Positions 27,276-37,626 of a DNA stretch of 64,000 nucleotides are shown here, one piece after another; the first letter of the stretch is position 1; every line of letters begins with the position of its first letter. Origin of the DNA: an uncultured virus (IMG/VR IMGVR_UViG_3300038428_000220) (taxonomy: Duplodnaviria; Heunggongvirae; Uroviricota; Caudoviricetes). A model generated the notes under the pieces. That model was not told where the DNA came from. It ran no database searches and saw only the letters and a list, made by a program, of their open reading frames with translations. The DNA lies in the IMG/VR virus record IMGVR_UViG_3300038428_000220; one strand, 5' to 3'. The translations under genes were made by a program, and so were the position numbers.

Positions 27276-29192
27276 TCAAAGTTTGATGATTATGTTCCAG
27301 AACGCGCTGGGTTGCATGTTGTTGTGCGCGCCGTCACCGCCGGTCGCGTTTGTGGACATGAGCGGGCCGCCGCCATTATTGCCAAGGCCTGGCTGGTTGG
27401 TGACGGTATTGACCACAGATATGCCGATTGTGTGCGTGTGTGATGGCATTTCCGGCGTCGTCAGCAGGTGCGTTTCTTCTCCCAGGTTTGTGCCAAGCGC
27501 ACGCGACGTCAGGCCAGCGCCGGCGCCGGCGATGCACAGCGCGCGGCCCAGCTGCAGTGTCAAGCCAATGCGATTATTGGCCGCCCAGTCGGCCGCCGCG
27601 CTCGCGCCGCGCGCCACTGGCGTGCCGCTACTGTTGTAGGTTGGCGCATACGTGTTGCTGATATTGTTCCAGAGCAGATTGTAAAGCGCCTGGAACGTCG
27701 TGCCCTGGTGCGTCGCACCGGACGACGTGCTGCCGAGTGTGCCGTCGTCCATCATAAGCCAGCCGGTCGGCGCTGACGTTGCGAGCGTCAGAACTGCCGT
27801 GCCGGTCATGCCATACGGGCCAGCGACAGTAAGCGAGCCGCTGCCGTTATCTGCCAGCGTGCTGGGTGCGACCGTGAGCGTCAAATTGCCGCTGCCGTCG
27901 TTCTGGGTCCATTGGCCCAAATTCAAGAATGCGGTAGCGCCAAGCACGCCAACCTGCAGTACCCAGTACGTGCCATTGAAGGCCATGGTGACGGGCACAT
28001 TCGCAATGAATTCATTGCCGGCAAAAGCCACCAGCACGCCACCGGACACCTTGCGGCAGGCTGTCGCTGCTGTGCCGGACACGGCCAGCATGGTCGCACC
28101 AGTGTTGGCGATGCCTGGTATGAATGTGATGCTGTAGCCGGCAACAAGCGAAAACCCTGCCGGGCTTACCGGGGTGACGACCTGCGCATTCGCGAGTCCG
28201 GTCGAGGTGCCACCGACAAAATTGACCGCCTGACCGGATGCCGGATTCCAGACCGCAGCCGCGGCATTACCGGTCGTCGAGCAAAAATACAAAAGATTGT
28301 TGGCAACGTCGACGCAAAGATCAGCCGGCGATACGCCGGCGACGGCAGCGACGCCGGCCACATGGCCGTTCGGATTGCCTGCATACGAGTACATGCTGGC
28401 CAGGCCAGACCCGGTCGCCGAACTCGACACATTGGCCAGCTCGGCCATTTTAATTTGCGGGGCTTGCCCCGGCTTGGCGCCATGGTGAGAACTCAGCAGG
28501 CCAGCCAGGAACGGCGCATAGGGATAATTGCCAGGGACGTTGGCGCCGACCGCGGGCCCAGCGACAATGATTTGGCCCGACGTGACCGAGGTCTGACCAA
28601 ATGCCAGGTCGATAAGATAGAGCGGCACATACCCAATCGAAGGCGTCGGCGGCACCTCGGACCCGGTGGTCACCGGCGAGCCATAAATGACCTGGATGCT
28701 CGCAACGCCCTCACGCTCCGTCGGCTGTGTCTGTCCGTCCCCGTTCGGCCCCTGGAACGGCACCGTCGGATTGGCCGAATTCCAGTAATACAGCACGCCC
28801 CCCGTCGGGTCATTGGCGCGGATTACGTCGACCTGGCCAAACGATACCTCGATCAGCGCCCATTGACTTTGACCGGCCGAGAGCGCCGCCGTGGTCAGCG
28901 TCACCGTTTGCGCGGCCGCGAGGCCTTGCTGCATAATCAGATCGGTGTCGTTCGGCAGCGACCCGTACTGGGTAGCATCAGCTGCCGACAGCTCGTAAAT
29001 GCGTCCGGCGGTAAGATTGAGGACCAGCGACGCCGGACTGGACGGCGTGGCGGCAAAGCCGGTGACTACGGTCGTGGTATTGCCCGCCAGGTCTTGCTGC
29101 AGGTACCCGGCCGCAATCAATGCGTCGCGCCACCCGTTTAGAATGTCGAATGTGCGCGGCTGCTCTTGAGTATAGATGATCGACCGGTTCAT
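27276..29192 (-). CDS. tail fibre protein with tail-collar domain
   Basis: APTGWLMMDDG, GEETHLLTTPEMPSHTH, HNNMQPS...IIKL. Confidence 0.85.
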   Translation of the reverse strand: MNRSIIYTQEQPRTFDILNGWRDALIAAGYLQQDLAGNTTTVVTGFAATPSSPASLVLNLTAGRIYELSAADATQYGSLPNDTDLIMQQGLAAAQTVTLTTAALSAGQSQWALIEVSFGQVDVIRANDPTGGVLYYWNSANPTVPFQGPNGDGQTQPTEREGVASIQVIYGSPVTTGSEVPPTPSIGYVPLYLIDLAFGQTSVTSGQIIVAGPAVGANVPGNYPYAPFLAGLLSSHHGAKPGQAPQIKMAELANVSSSATGSGLASMYSYAGNPNGHVAGVAAVAGVSPADLCVDVANNLLYFCSTTGNAAAAVWNPASGQAVNFVGGTSTGLANAQVVTPVSPAGFSLVAGYSITFIPGIANTGATMLAVSGTAATACRKVSGGVLVAFAGNEFIANVPVTMAFNGTYWVLQVGVLGATAFLNLGQWTQNDGSGNLTLTVAPSTLADNGSGSLTVAGPYGMTGTAVLTLATSAPTGWLMMDDGTLGSTSSGATHQGTTFQALYNLLWNNISNTYAPTYNSSGTPVARGASAAADWAANNRIGLTLQLGRALCIAGAGAGLTSRALGTNLGEETHLLTTPEMPSHTHTIGISVVNTVTNQPGLGNNGGGPLMSTNATGGDGAHNNMQPSAFWNIIIKL

Positions 29193-29204
29193 GCTGATTC
29201 CCCT

Positions 29205-30083
29205 TTATTGCCATACCACGCCGGACTGGTCCCATGAAATACCCGGCTGGTCCCAAGACGCCGCCGGCGGCGCGGCGACGAATTGCACCCAAACGACGGT
29301 TCCTTCGCATTTTGTGCGGTTGATCGCGTTGTAAACGGTCTGCGCGCCCAGCGCCGCAGCGCCAGGTGGGTCAATGAAATAAATCCCGAACTGATTGGGC
29401 ACGTCCCAAAAGAACGGCACGGTATCGAGGCAGGGCGTCGGGTTGTTGCCGAACGGCTGTGCGCTCGGTAGCACGGCGTTGACAAAGCCCTGATACGCGA
29501 GACTTTGATCGGTCCAGCGGAACGGATTGTTTGGCGTGTCGACGTCCCAGAACGACATGGGGGCGCCCAGCGCCGGGTCCCACACCCCGGTATCGGCCGG
29601 GCGCCACGGCTCGACAACACGCGGGGCATAGCCACTTGTCGCCTGCACGGCGGCCGTCACCGCGGGGCGCGTGGCGCCGGTCGGCAGCAGCGCGGCCATT
29701 AGCCGTGCACGATATGCGGCGTCGCCTTCGCCCGGCAGTCGCCAAATCGCGTAAATGTCCGCGTCTAGCCCTGACCCCTCAATGGGGCCGTCGTAATCCG
29801 GCAGACCTGGCGCCAGGTGCGCGTCATTGTCGCCGAAGTAATCCACCGAGGCGATATCGAGCGCGTCGCCCACCGCGGTCTGCAGCCGCGTCGCCGCGGC
29901 GGCATACGCCAGCGAGTCCATGGCGGACGACGGGCCGGTGCCGATCGACTTGAGCATTTCGTAAACGGCGCCGGACGGCAATTTTGCCTGCGCACTAGCC
30001 CAGCCGGGCGGGAACAACGCGCACATGCGCGACGCGAACTGGTCCGGCGTAATTGTCGGAATGATGGTCGCCGTCAGTCCCAT
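29205..30083 (-). CDS. baseplate wedge protein
   Basis: RLQTAVGDALD..DYFG, GEGDAAYRARL; follows the baseplate J gene. Confidence 0.75.
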   Translation of the reverse strand: MGLTATIIPTITPDQFASRMCALFPPGWASAQAKLPSGAVYEMLKSIGTGPSSAMDSLAYAAAATRLQTAVGDALDIASVDYFGDNDAHLAPGLPDYDGPIEGSGLDADIYAIWRLPGEGDAAYRARLMAALLPTGATRPAVTAAVQATSGYAPRVVEPWRPADTGVWDPALGAPMSFWDVDTPNNPFRWTDQSLAYQGFVNAVLPSAQPFGNNPTPCLDTVPFFWDVPNQFGIYFIDPPGAAALGAQTVYNAINRTKCEGTVVWVQFVAAPPAASWDQPGISWDQSGVVWQ

Positions 30084-30084
30084 T

Positions 30085-31233
30085 TTAATAATTGTCCACA
30101 GTTATGTTGTTGATCGGCGCGTAGGCGCGCTTGAACTCATTGATGGGGAAATCTTCATTGTAGCCGTTAATCGTCGTCGACGGCTGCACCGCAATTACAC
30201 CAGGCACCGCCATGGCGGCACCTTCCAGGACGCTGATATAGATTGTCTCGCCTATGCCGAGCGCATTGGTGGCCGCCTGCAGCGCAGTCTGCACGTTAGC
30301 GTTGACGGCCGTCGTCACAAAATTGGGGTCGACGCGCACGGTAATCGCCTCGTTGACCGTCGTGCGCGTGACCGCCTGGGCAATCGCCAGGATGGTAAAC
30401 CCCCGGGTGACTTCAACGGCCTGCTGTACCAGCGTCACCAGACCGGCCGGCGGTGCCCCGCTGCCGTCGTCGATCGTTGCGATGAATTCGCCAGGCTGGA
30501 CGGCGCCGCCGGTGTTTATGTTTTCCAAGATCGAGGCGTCGGCCACACCTGGTACATTGAACACCGCCGACACGATGGCGCCGTAGGTCGCCTTCGACAG
30601 CGAATTGATAAACAGAATAAATCGCGCGCTATAGCTGGCGTCGGATTCCGCGCTGGTGCCATTGGTGATCGCCGCCGGGTTGGTCACGGTGTCGACGCCG
30701 GGCAGATTGCTGCCAATTTGCGACAACTGGTTGGCGGTCACATTGTAAGCGGCGCCGATTTGCAGCGCCTGCACGGTTGCGGTCAGGCTACTTTGGCCGG
30801 TCGCCAGCACGTAAGCGTTAAGGCCGGCGTTCCATGTCGGCTGATTGGTGTCAGCAATCACCTGATATTGAATCGCACCGCCCTGCGTCTGCACGATGGT
30901 GCCGGCCACGATAAGCACATTGCTGAGCGCCGGAGAGAACGAACCGAACACCACGCCGCCTTGACCCCCAACCCCGGCCTGCCGGTAGAAACCAAATTGT
31001 TCATAAAACGTGTCCAGGTCGGCGCCGGTCGACGTCTGTGCGCGCGCGATTTGATTGACCAGCTGAATCTGGGCCTGGATGAAAACCAACTGACCTGCAA
31101 CGGTTTCCATGAAGGCATAAAATGCGTCACCTTCCTGGAACGTCGGCGGGAATCCCAATGAGGCGGCCCAGCCGGCGACCATGTCCGATACGTATTGCGC
31201 AAAGGTTTTTGAAGGCAGTCCGGTCATGGTCAC
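30085..31233 (-). CDS. baseplate J-like protein
   Basis: TSTGADLD, AESDASYSARF, SLSKAT...I, VPGV. Confidence 0.9.
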   Translation of the reverse strand: MTMTGLPSKTFAQYVSDMVAGWAASLGFPPTFQEGDAFYAFMETVAGQLVFIQAQIQLVNQIARAQTSTGADLDTFYEQFGFYRQAGVGGQGGVVFGSFSPALSNVLIVAGTIVQTQGGAIQYQVIADTNQPTWNAGLNAYVLATGQSSLTATVQALQIGAAYNVTANQLSQIGSNLPGVDTVTNPAAITNGTSAESDASYSARFILFINSLSKATYGAIVSAVFNVPGVADASILENINTGGAVQPGEFIATIDDGSGAPPAGLVTLVQQAVEVTRGFTILAIAQAVTRTTVNEAITVRVDPNFVTTAVNANVQTALQAATNALGIGETIYISVLEGAAMAVPGVIAVQPSTTINGYNEDFPINEFKRAYAPINNITVDNY

Positions 31234-31634
31234 ACCTGCAGGGCCAATTGCCCGGGCTCGCCAGAGTTAAGCACCACGCTGACGATGGCCCAGAATGTCT
31301 CGTTATCGGGTTGCACATACTGAATCGTCGGCGGCGTCGTCGACGCCACGTCGGCGTCCTCAAGTACACCGCGCGAAATGATCTGCTCGAGATTGGCGAT
31401 ATATTCCACGTCCGTGTTCTGGTCGACCAGCGAGCCGCCGCCAATGCCAAAGGTTGGATGGAAAACATAATCGGCCGGCGTATTGACGCCGTCCGGCAGC
31501 TGCTGCGCCGGGTTGGTGATGATCCTGCGCACAATACGCTGGCGCACCCAATCCCATGCGACAGCTGTTTGAATACTGCCACTAGGCGTAATCAGAAGGT
31601 CTGAATTCCAATCGAGCCAAAAATCGACGCCCAT
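31230..31634 (-). CDS. baseplate W/gp25-like protein
   Basis: DL..TPSG, QRIVRRIITNP, YVFHPTFG. Confidence 0.7.
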   Translation of the reverse strand: MGVDFWLDWNSDLLITPSGSIQTAVAWDWVRQRIVRRIITNPAQQLPDGVNTPADYVFHPTFGIGGGSLVDQNTDVEYIANLEQIISRGVLEDADVASTTPPTIQYVQPDNETFWAIVSVVLNSGEPGQLALQV

Positions 31635-31639
31635 TTTGT

Positions 31640-31756
31640 CTATCCGACTTCGTTGCCAACTATGGAGCGCCCTATTTTGACGCGCCAAATTGCTGATCCG
31701 GTTGCTGGATCATATTTAAGAACCTCTTTCAACCGGGCGAGCGTGATTCGTTTCAT
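31640..31756 (-). pseudogene. N-terminal stub of an HNH homing endonuclease
   Basis: MKRITLARLKEVLKYDPATGSAIWR resembles LSADYIRSILAYDPLTGEFRWR of the ORF at 43027. Confidence 0.7.
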
Positions 31757-32376
31757 TATTGCGCCTTCAAAACCGTGCTGTTGGAGCCGTCCGCCAATTT
31801 GACCGCCTGCAGCGTGCCGCCATTGCCCAGGTCGATTTCCGGCGCAGTCACCTGCGCCTTAGTCGCCGCCGTCACCGTGGCATTGCGTGTGGCGGTCACA
31901 ATAACATCGCGCTGCGCTGTCGCCAGCAAATCCTGGTGTGCCGTCAGAGCCACGTTGCCGTCGTTGGTGAACTGCAGCGTGCTGCCCGACTTGTGCTTGA
32001 TGCCCATTTCACCCGGCTGCAGCTCGGGGAACGGCGCCAGGCTGGTCTGATTAAAGAACATGCTGGCGACCGCGGCCACCCCGTAGGCGCGCTCGACCAG
32101 CTGAATCACCACCGGCTCGCCCGCGGTCGGGTTTTGCGCCGTCGCGCCGCCCACCGGAGCGATCTGGAATCCGAAGCCGTTGCCCGACCAGCTGGATCCC
32201 AATGGCATCCATGACGTCAACACGCAGTTGTTGGCCGCGTCGCGCATGCTGGGGATAACGCAGCGCACGCGGTGCAGCTTGGGGTCGTACGACGCGACAT
32301 GCGCATAGACAAAGGAGCGATGCTCCTGGCTCTGCTGCTGGGCCGCGTGTTTGATCTGGTGCAACAACTCGTCCAT
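31756..32376 (-). CDS. baseplate assembly V / central spike
   Basis: VASYDP...SWMPL OB-fold, HKSGSTLQFTNDG, beta repeats. Confidence 0.85.
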   Translation of the reverse strand: MDELLHQIKHAAQQQSQEHRSFVYAHVASYDPKLHRVRCVIPSMRDAANNCVLTSWMPLGSSWSGNGFGFQIAPVGGATAQNPTAGEPVVIQLVERAYGVAAVASMFFNQTSLAPFPELQPGEMGIKHKSGSTLQFTNDGNVALTAHQDLLATAQRDVIVTATRNATVTAATKAQVTAPEIDLGNGGTLQAVKLADGSNSTVLKAQ

Positions 32377-33653
32377 TAGCCCGCCCCACTGGCCGTCGAT
32401 ATCGACTCGCCGGCGCCGACCGGCTGGCGGTCAAGCAGCCGCAAATGCGTGTCCAGCTCGCCCTTTTCGGATTTAGGATTGAGAACGTATTTGTGCGTGT
32501 ACTCGGTGACGAAATACTGGTGCGCGATAAAGTCCTGGCTAATCTGTCCGTCCAGCGACGCCGGACTGGACGGCTGCACGGCGGCGATAAAATTAGACTT
32601 GATATCGACGACCAACTCGCGCTTGGAAATGTCCAGCGCAATCGACTGCGCGCGCTGCTGCGCCTGCGCCTGCGTCAGCCCGTCGACGTGGAAAGTGTAA
32701 ATCGGCACCTGGTTGTTTTTTTGTGTGCCGGCAGCGCCGCTGTTCGACGTGGTCGCTGACAGGATGGCCTGCGCCTGCGGCCCGGTCCACAGCCCGGCGT
32801 TTACCTTGGCGTTGTCGTTGGTGCTGAAATTAGACCCTATGACATAGGCCAGCCCCTTGGTCAGCGTCGACGACGTCGGGTCGTACGACAGCACGATGAC
32901 CTGGAACGTCTGGTTGCGGCGCGGATTATGGCTGACGTCAAGAGACATGGCGCCAAATGAGCCGGCTGGTATCGGGTTGACCATATAGGTGAACGGCAGC
33001 GTCGGCAGGCCGGCGCCGGGCGCGCCGAACACCAGGGACTTGCCCGGCGTTGTATAGACGATGTTGCCGCTATCGCGCGCCAGGCGCGTCAGTATCGCCC
33101 ACAGGCTTTGCGGCGTCGTGGTCAGAATCGTATTGGCGCTGTCGCCGAAAATCGTCCCCACGTCGACGTCGCCGCCCTGGGCCAGCCGCAGGTCGGGCGT
33201 CAGACCAAACTGGTTGGCTATCGAGGTGACGATTTGCGACAGCTTCTGGTTTTGCGTATTGACGCCGCCGGTCGCAACCTCGCTCGGCGCCAGTGGGCCG
33301 GTGTTGCCGCCCAGAATGCTGACCAGCACACGCCGCTGGTCGACCAACGGGCCCGACCAGTCGCGCGCATGGATCGATACCAACGTGCGCGTGTAGCTGA
33401 ATTTGGCGCTCAGATACTCGCCGCTGAAAATATGCGAGCGCACGCCGTCGACGTCCACATACACGTCGACCGGCAGCGACGTCGGCGCTGCGCTCGACAG
33501 CTGCACCAGGTCAATGCCGGCGGCCGCCAGCCGGGCCATGCCGGTGCCCGCGACCATGTGCCCGGTATTGCCGGCGCCGCTGCCCTTGACGTCGAACGAC
33601 TCGATTGGAATCGTCTGGCCGCCAATGTTTAGCTCAACCCCCAGGGCGCTCAT
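32376..33653 (-). CDS. baseplate hub (gpD/gp44-like)
   Basis: ARDWSGPLVD, SQIVTSIANQFGL, WAILTRLA; gene position. Confidence 0.75.
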   Translation of the reverse strand: MSALGVELNIGGQTIPIESFDVKGSGAGNTGHMVAGTGMARLAAAGIDLVQLSSAAPTSLPVDVYVDVDGVRSHIFSGEYLSAKFSYTRTLVSIHARDWSGPLVDQRRVLVSILGGNTGPLAPSEVATGGVNTQNQKLSQIVTSIANQFGLTPDLRLAQGGDVDVGTIFGDSANTILTTTPQSLWAILTRLARDSGNIVYTTPGKSLVFGAPGAGLPTLPFTYMVNPIPAGSFGAMSLDVSHNPRRNQTFQVIVLSYDPTSSTLTKGLAYVIGSNFSTNDNAKVNAGLWTGPQAQAILSATTSNSGAAGTQKNNQVPIYTFHVDGLTQAQAQQRAQSIALDISKRELVVDIKSNFIAAVQPSSPASLDGQISQDFIAHQYFVTEYTHKYVLNPKSEKGELDTHLRLLDRQPVGAGESISTASGAG

Positions 33654-34516
33654 GTGGCCGGCACCCTGATAAGGAACTGACCGATTGGCTGCGGGTCAGG
33701 CGGCAGCCCGCTGGCCGTCGCGATTTGCTCCCACAGCGTCGGATCATTCAAATACTGACCCGCCACCTGAAACAGGTTGGGGTTTATCATTTCCATTTGG
33801 CGCACCGACGCCGTCGGCGCCGCGACAATGTTGGTGACGGCAATCGAGTACGACACCAGGTCGGCCGCCGGCGACGCCTGCGTGGGGTCGGTGCCGACGA
33901 CAATCGGCGCCGCCGCGGTCTGCAGCACGGTCGCCGCCGTATTGATCGCTACGGCATTGACGCCCGATATGCCGGCGACGGTGCCGTTGCCGGTCAGCAG
34001 CCCGGTCTGCACGGCGCCGGTCAGCGCGTTGGCCAGCGGCACCAGGCTGACCGGACATGCCAGGCCGTCGTCGCCCTGCACGGTGTCGTCGATTGCCGAC
34101 ACCTGGTCGTTTAATTGCGATTCAAGCGATTGCGTGCCGACCGGCTGCGTGCCGACGCCCGACAGGTCGGCAATCGGCTCGAACGTGATCGTGTACGGGA
34201 TCAGATATTGATGCTTGGGGTTATATTTGAAGTCCGCGACCTTGCCGATAAACGACTGCGGCCCGTAGGTCAGCACCACCGGCAGGCCGACGGTGCGCAC
34301 CCGGTCCAGCGATTGCGCGCGCGCGAAGGCACCGGCTTGCGAGAACAACCCCGACCACGTCACGGTGTGCGGGAAGGCACCCAGGCTGTCGACGTCTTTT
34401 GCCCCACCGGGGTACTCGTGCACGACCAGCACCTGGCGGCCGCCGAACGGGCCGATTTCCTGCGGCACCTCGATGCTGGCGAAGGTGACTCCCCCGATGG
34501 TAAGTGGTAGACTCAT
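33650..34516 (-). CDS. tail tube initiator / LysM-like protein
   Basis: GGRQ.LVVHEYPGG; C-terminal NLFQVAGQYLND...W.QIA. Confidence 0.7.
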   Translation of the reverse strand: MSLPLTIGGVTFASIEVPQEIGPFGGRQVLVVHEYPGGAKDVDSLGAFPHTVTWSGLFSQAGAFARAQSLDRVRTVGLPVVLTYGPQSFIGKVADFKYNPKHQYLIPYTITFEPIADLSGVGTQPVGTQSLESQLNDQVSAIDDTVQGDDGLACPVSLVPLANALTGAVQTGLLTGNGTVAGISGVNAVAINTAATVLQTAAAPIVVGTDPTQASPAADLVSYSIAVTNIVAAPTASVRQMEMINPNLFQVAGQYLNDPTLWEQIATASGLPPDPQPIGQFLIRVPAT

Positions 34517-34548
34517 TGCCTCCGTTGCCCCCCAAAGGAGATTAAGCC

Positions 34549-34878
34549 ATGGACAAGTTCGGACGTTTGATGCTCGGCAATACGTGCATCGCTATTGGCG
34601 CCCGTGCGTTCAACATGATTGACCGGCTCATGTTTGCCATTTGCGGTGCGGTGGTGCTCGCGGCTGGCATTGCAGTGTTGATAGTGGAAAGGACGGTTGG
34701 ATGGGCGATTCCCGTTATTGCTACCTTGTTCGCTCTGGGTTTGTTTGCGGCCAACATCATGGCCGAACGCGACCGAAACAAAATGCTGAAACACTACGAG
34801 CGGTCGAACAAGATCGTTGCAGACGCCATCGCCGCGAACGATAAGCGGTGGGAGAAAGTCGCCACTGGTCAGCGGTAG
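34549..34878 (+). CDS. two-TM accessory protein, opposite strand
   Basis: GGAG RBS, two TM segments, inserted in the tail operon. Confidence 0.65.
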   Translation: MDKFGRLMLGNTCIAIGARAFNMIDRLMFAICGAVVLAAGIAVLIVERTVGWAIPVIATLFALGLFAANIMAERDRNKMLKHYERSNKIVADAIAANDKRWEKVATGQR

Positions 34879-34890
34879 GCTCATGATTTC

Positions 34891-35514
34891 TTAATCGTCC
34901 CTGACTTTTCCTGCCGCCCGCAATGCCGCTTCTGCTCTCGTGCGAAATTGGACGGCCATAGAATGATCGCGCCCATATAAGTCGCAAAGCGCTAGTGCGG
35001 CAGCCTGAATTTCTTTGTCCGTTGGCGGCGGCACTTCTATTGGCGTTGGTCTCCACTGGTTTTCACACGGGCCAAAATAACCTTCCTTGCCACCGGAAAA
35101 TTGCAGCCACTCGTCGGTTGTGTAGATACCGGCACCCGGAACAATATCTACAATGCGCTGCTTCCCGACGATTTCGCCTTTGGCGCTATCACATGCACCA
35201 ACGCCAAGGCGGCGGTCCACTTTTTCCTTTGTCTCTTGCGTAATTGGCCCGTCTGTCATTGGCCGCATCTTTTTTGACGCCAACGAGAAGTCGCCGTCGT
35301 TGGTGAACGCCACCGACACCGCATTGGCGAGTTTAACGACCTCATGGCGCGGCAGTGTGATGCCCGCGAAGGGGCAACCGCTGTCAGGCCCGAGCATAAT
35401 GATTTCGATTTTTCCGTCCCTCACTTGGATCATAAAGAACGGCGACCTCTCCACCAGTTTTGTGGATTTGTTCTGCGGGTCTTTCACAAACTTATAAATG
35501 ATCTTGTCAATCAT
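34891..35514 (-). CDS. accessory hypothetical protein
   Basis: AAGGAG RBS; more AT-rich than flanks. Confidence 0.6.
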   Translation of the reverse strand: MIDKIIYKFVKDPQNKSTKLVERSPFFMIQVRDGKIEIIMLGPDSGCPFAGITLPRHEVVKLANAVSVAFTNDGDFSLASKKMRPMTDGPITQETKEKVDRRLGVGACDSAKGEIVGKQRIVDIVPGAGIYTTDEWLQFSGGKEGYFGPCENQWRPTPIEVPPPTDKEIQAAALALCDLYGRDHSMAVQFRTRAEAALRAAGKVRDD

Positions 35515-35544
35515 GGCCGTCTCCTTCGTTGGGGAACAAAGTAA

Positions 35545-37626
35545 TCATGGGATATCGCCCCCGCTGGTGAACTGACTGGACAGCGCGCCGTCAGCCTGCC
35601 CGAGATTGTGCTGGCTGCTCATGCCGAGCAGCTCGGCCAGGTAATGCGCGACGCGCTTGGCCAGGCCCTCCTGGTCCATGCTGGGGTCGGCTTTGATCGT
35701 CGCGTCGATGGTCGTGTGTTGCGACGACGCCGTGCCGGCGCCAACGGCGCCTACCGGGCCACCGGTGCCGATAGCAGGCGGTGCGTTGGGCCATGCCGGC
35801 GCAGCCGTCAGTGCGCCGCCCAGCAAAAACTTGCCGCCCTCATAGGTGCCACCGGCGAACGCGCTCAACGCAGCAATCGTGCCCGCGACCGGCAACCCGT
35901 ACCCGGTCATTGCGGCCCCGATAGACAACGGGGACGTCATAAGCACGCCCTCGGCCATGCCCTTGCCGAGCGCTTCGCCTAGCGTGCCCTTGGCCGGCGG
36001 CCCGAACGTGGTGCCCTGGCTTGGCAGGTGACCGGATATAGTTTTGAAACTCTCGTCAACGCTGCGCAGCCCGACCAGCAGCGGCGGCAGCACGTATTGA
36101 CCCAGGTCGGCCAGCACGTTGGTCATGTCCTGCCACGTCTCGCGCGCCATCTGGATCGGCGACTCTTTGCTGTAATCTTCGAAAAAGGTTGCGTAGCGGC
36201 CCTTGAATTCGGGGAATTCCCTTTTTAGTTCGGCCTCCTGTGCCACCACAGCCGGCGACATTAGAATCGACATGCCGCGCTGGCCCTGCTCGCCAAAGTT
36301 CTTTTTCATCATGGCGCTCCGTTCGGCAATTGGGAGGAGTTCTGTTTTTTGACGAACAAGGCTTTTCGCTAAATTGATGTCCACGAATTCACCTGTCGGA
36401 TCGTAAGCTAAGTATTTGCCAGCTTCGTCGACTAGGCCGACCTCCTTCATGGCGAACATTCGTCTGGCGTATTCTTTGGATGACATTATCCGAGGATCAG
36501 GCGGCAGCAATCGCTCAAACGCCGCCCGCAGCCAGGTGCCGGATTTTGTGTTGGTCGCGCCCGCGCGGGCCAGCGCGGTCGCCTCATACAAGACGTCTTC
36601 CGGCTTGACGTTGAGCGCAGTGTGCAGGGTCGGCATGGCGTAGGACGCGGCGCGCACCATTTGCGGCATTGTCGCCGGGTTGGTGGTGGACAGGAACGCG
36701 AGCAGCGGCGCCATGCCCTTTATGTCCTCGATGCCGTACTCTTGCGCCATGTGGGCCTGCTGGACGAGCGAATCCATGGCGCCCTTTAAGTTGGTGCCCG
36801 GCTTGACCTTGGCCTCGACCGCCGCAGCACGCAGCATTTCAGGCAAAATCCCCAAGCCGCCGCTTTCCTTGCCCGCGGCCCCTTTCAGCAGCCGGATTTC
36901 GTCGGTCGCCGCCTCGGCGATCTCCTTATAGCCGAATCCAGTAGTGGCCGCGGTGCTTTGGATAAGGCTACGGAAATACTTGTCGTTCTCTGGCGTGTTG
37001 GGCAGGCCGGCATGCCATTTCATTTGAAAAATAGCGTCCTCGAGTTCGGCCTGCTCAAAGACGCCATACGCCAGCGCGCCGGCGCCGATCATGGCCGCTG
37101 TGCCGTGGTGAGAACTGCCAGCACGGAAATACCCGCGCATGCCGCCCGGCAGTGGCATGCCGATGCCCTCGGTGACAAAGCCGCCGCCGCGGCTACCACC
37201 GCGGCCAGGCCCATGGCGGCCACCGCGGCCGCCAATACCGACGCCACCGACCGCGCCGGCCCCCACACCGGCCACATTCGGCACCCGCAGGCCACGCGCC
37301 ACGCCGGCGGCCCTGGCCAGTGCCGCTGAAAGTTCCCGGGCGTTTGCGGTCGCCATCACCAGGTCGGCATTCATTGCCCCCAGGCTGGCCGCAAATGCTC
37401 CGCTCGTATCTTCGGACACTTTGCCTATGCGCGCGATTGCGTCGGCGGCCTTGGTCGCGCCGGTCGTCACGCCGCTAAAGGTCAGGCGACCGAAGCTGCG
37501 CAGCGTCTTGACGGCCGCCGTCATGGTCACGTCGACGTCGCGGCCCAGCTTGGCTATGCGCTCAAGCGCCGGGCTTGCCTCGTCCACAATCCTAAAAAGG
37601 GCTCCTACTTCATAGCTACTTATCAT
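35545..37626 (-). CDS. tape measure protein
   Basis: Ala/Gly-rich helical protein, IVDEASPAL start, KSGTWLR; gene position. Confidence 0.8.
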   Translation of the reverse strand: MISSYEVGALFRIVDEASPALERIAKLGRDVDVTMTAAVKTLRSFGRLTFSGVTTGATKAADAIARIGKVSEDTSGAFAASLGAMNADLVMATANARELSAALARAAGVARGLRVPNVAGVGAGAVGGVGIGGRGGRHGPGRGGSRGGGFVTEGIGMPLPGGMRGYFRAGSSHHGTAAMIGAGALAYGVFEQAELEDAIFQMKWHAGLPNTPENDKYFRSLIQSTAATTGFGYKEIAEAATDEIRLLKGAAGKESGGLGILPEMLRAAAVEAKVKPGTNLKGAMDSLVQQAHMAQEYGIEDIKGMAPLLAFLSTTNPATMPQMVRAASYAMPTLHTALNVKPEDVLYEATALARAGATNTKSGTWLRAAFERLLPPDPRIMSSKEYARRMFAMKEVGLVDEAGKYLAYDPTGEFVDINLAKSLVRQKTELLPIAERSAMMKKNFGEQGQRGMSILMSPAVVAQEAELKREFPEFKGRYATFFEDYSKESPIQMARETWQDMTNVLADLGQYVLPPLLVGLRSVDESFKTISGHLPSQGTTFGPPAKGTLGEALGKGMAEGVLMTSPLSIGAAMTGYGLPVAGTIAALSAFAGGTYEGGKFLLGGALTAAPAWPNAPPAIGTGGPVGAVGAGTASSQHTTIDATIKADPSMDQEGLAKRVAHYLAELLGMSSQHNLGQADGALSSQFTSGGDIP

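Noticed and set aside
31690..31746. TGCTGATCCGGTTG ... CAACCGGGCGAGC as a fourth TIR pair
   Set aside because: Several mismatches; better explained as coding sequence of the HNH stub (YDPATG)
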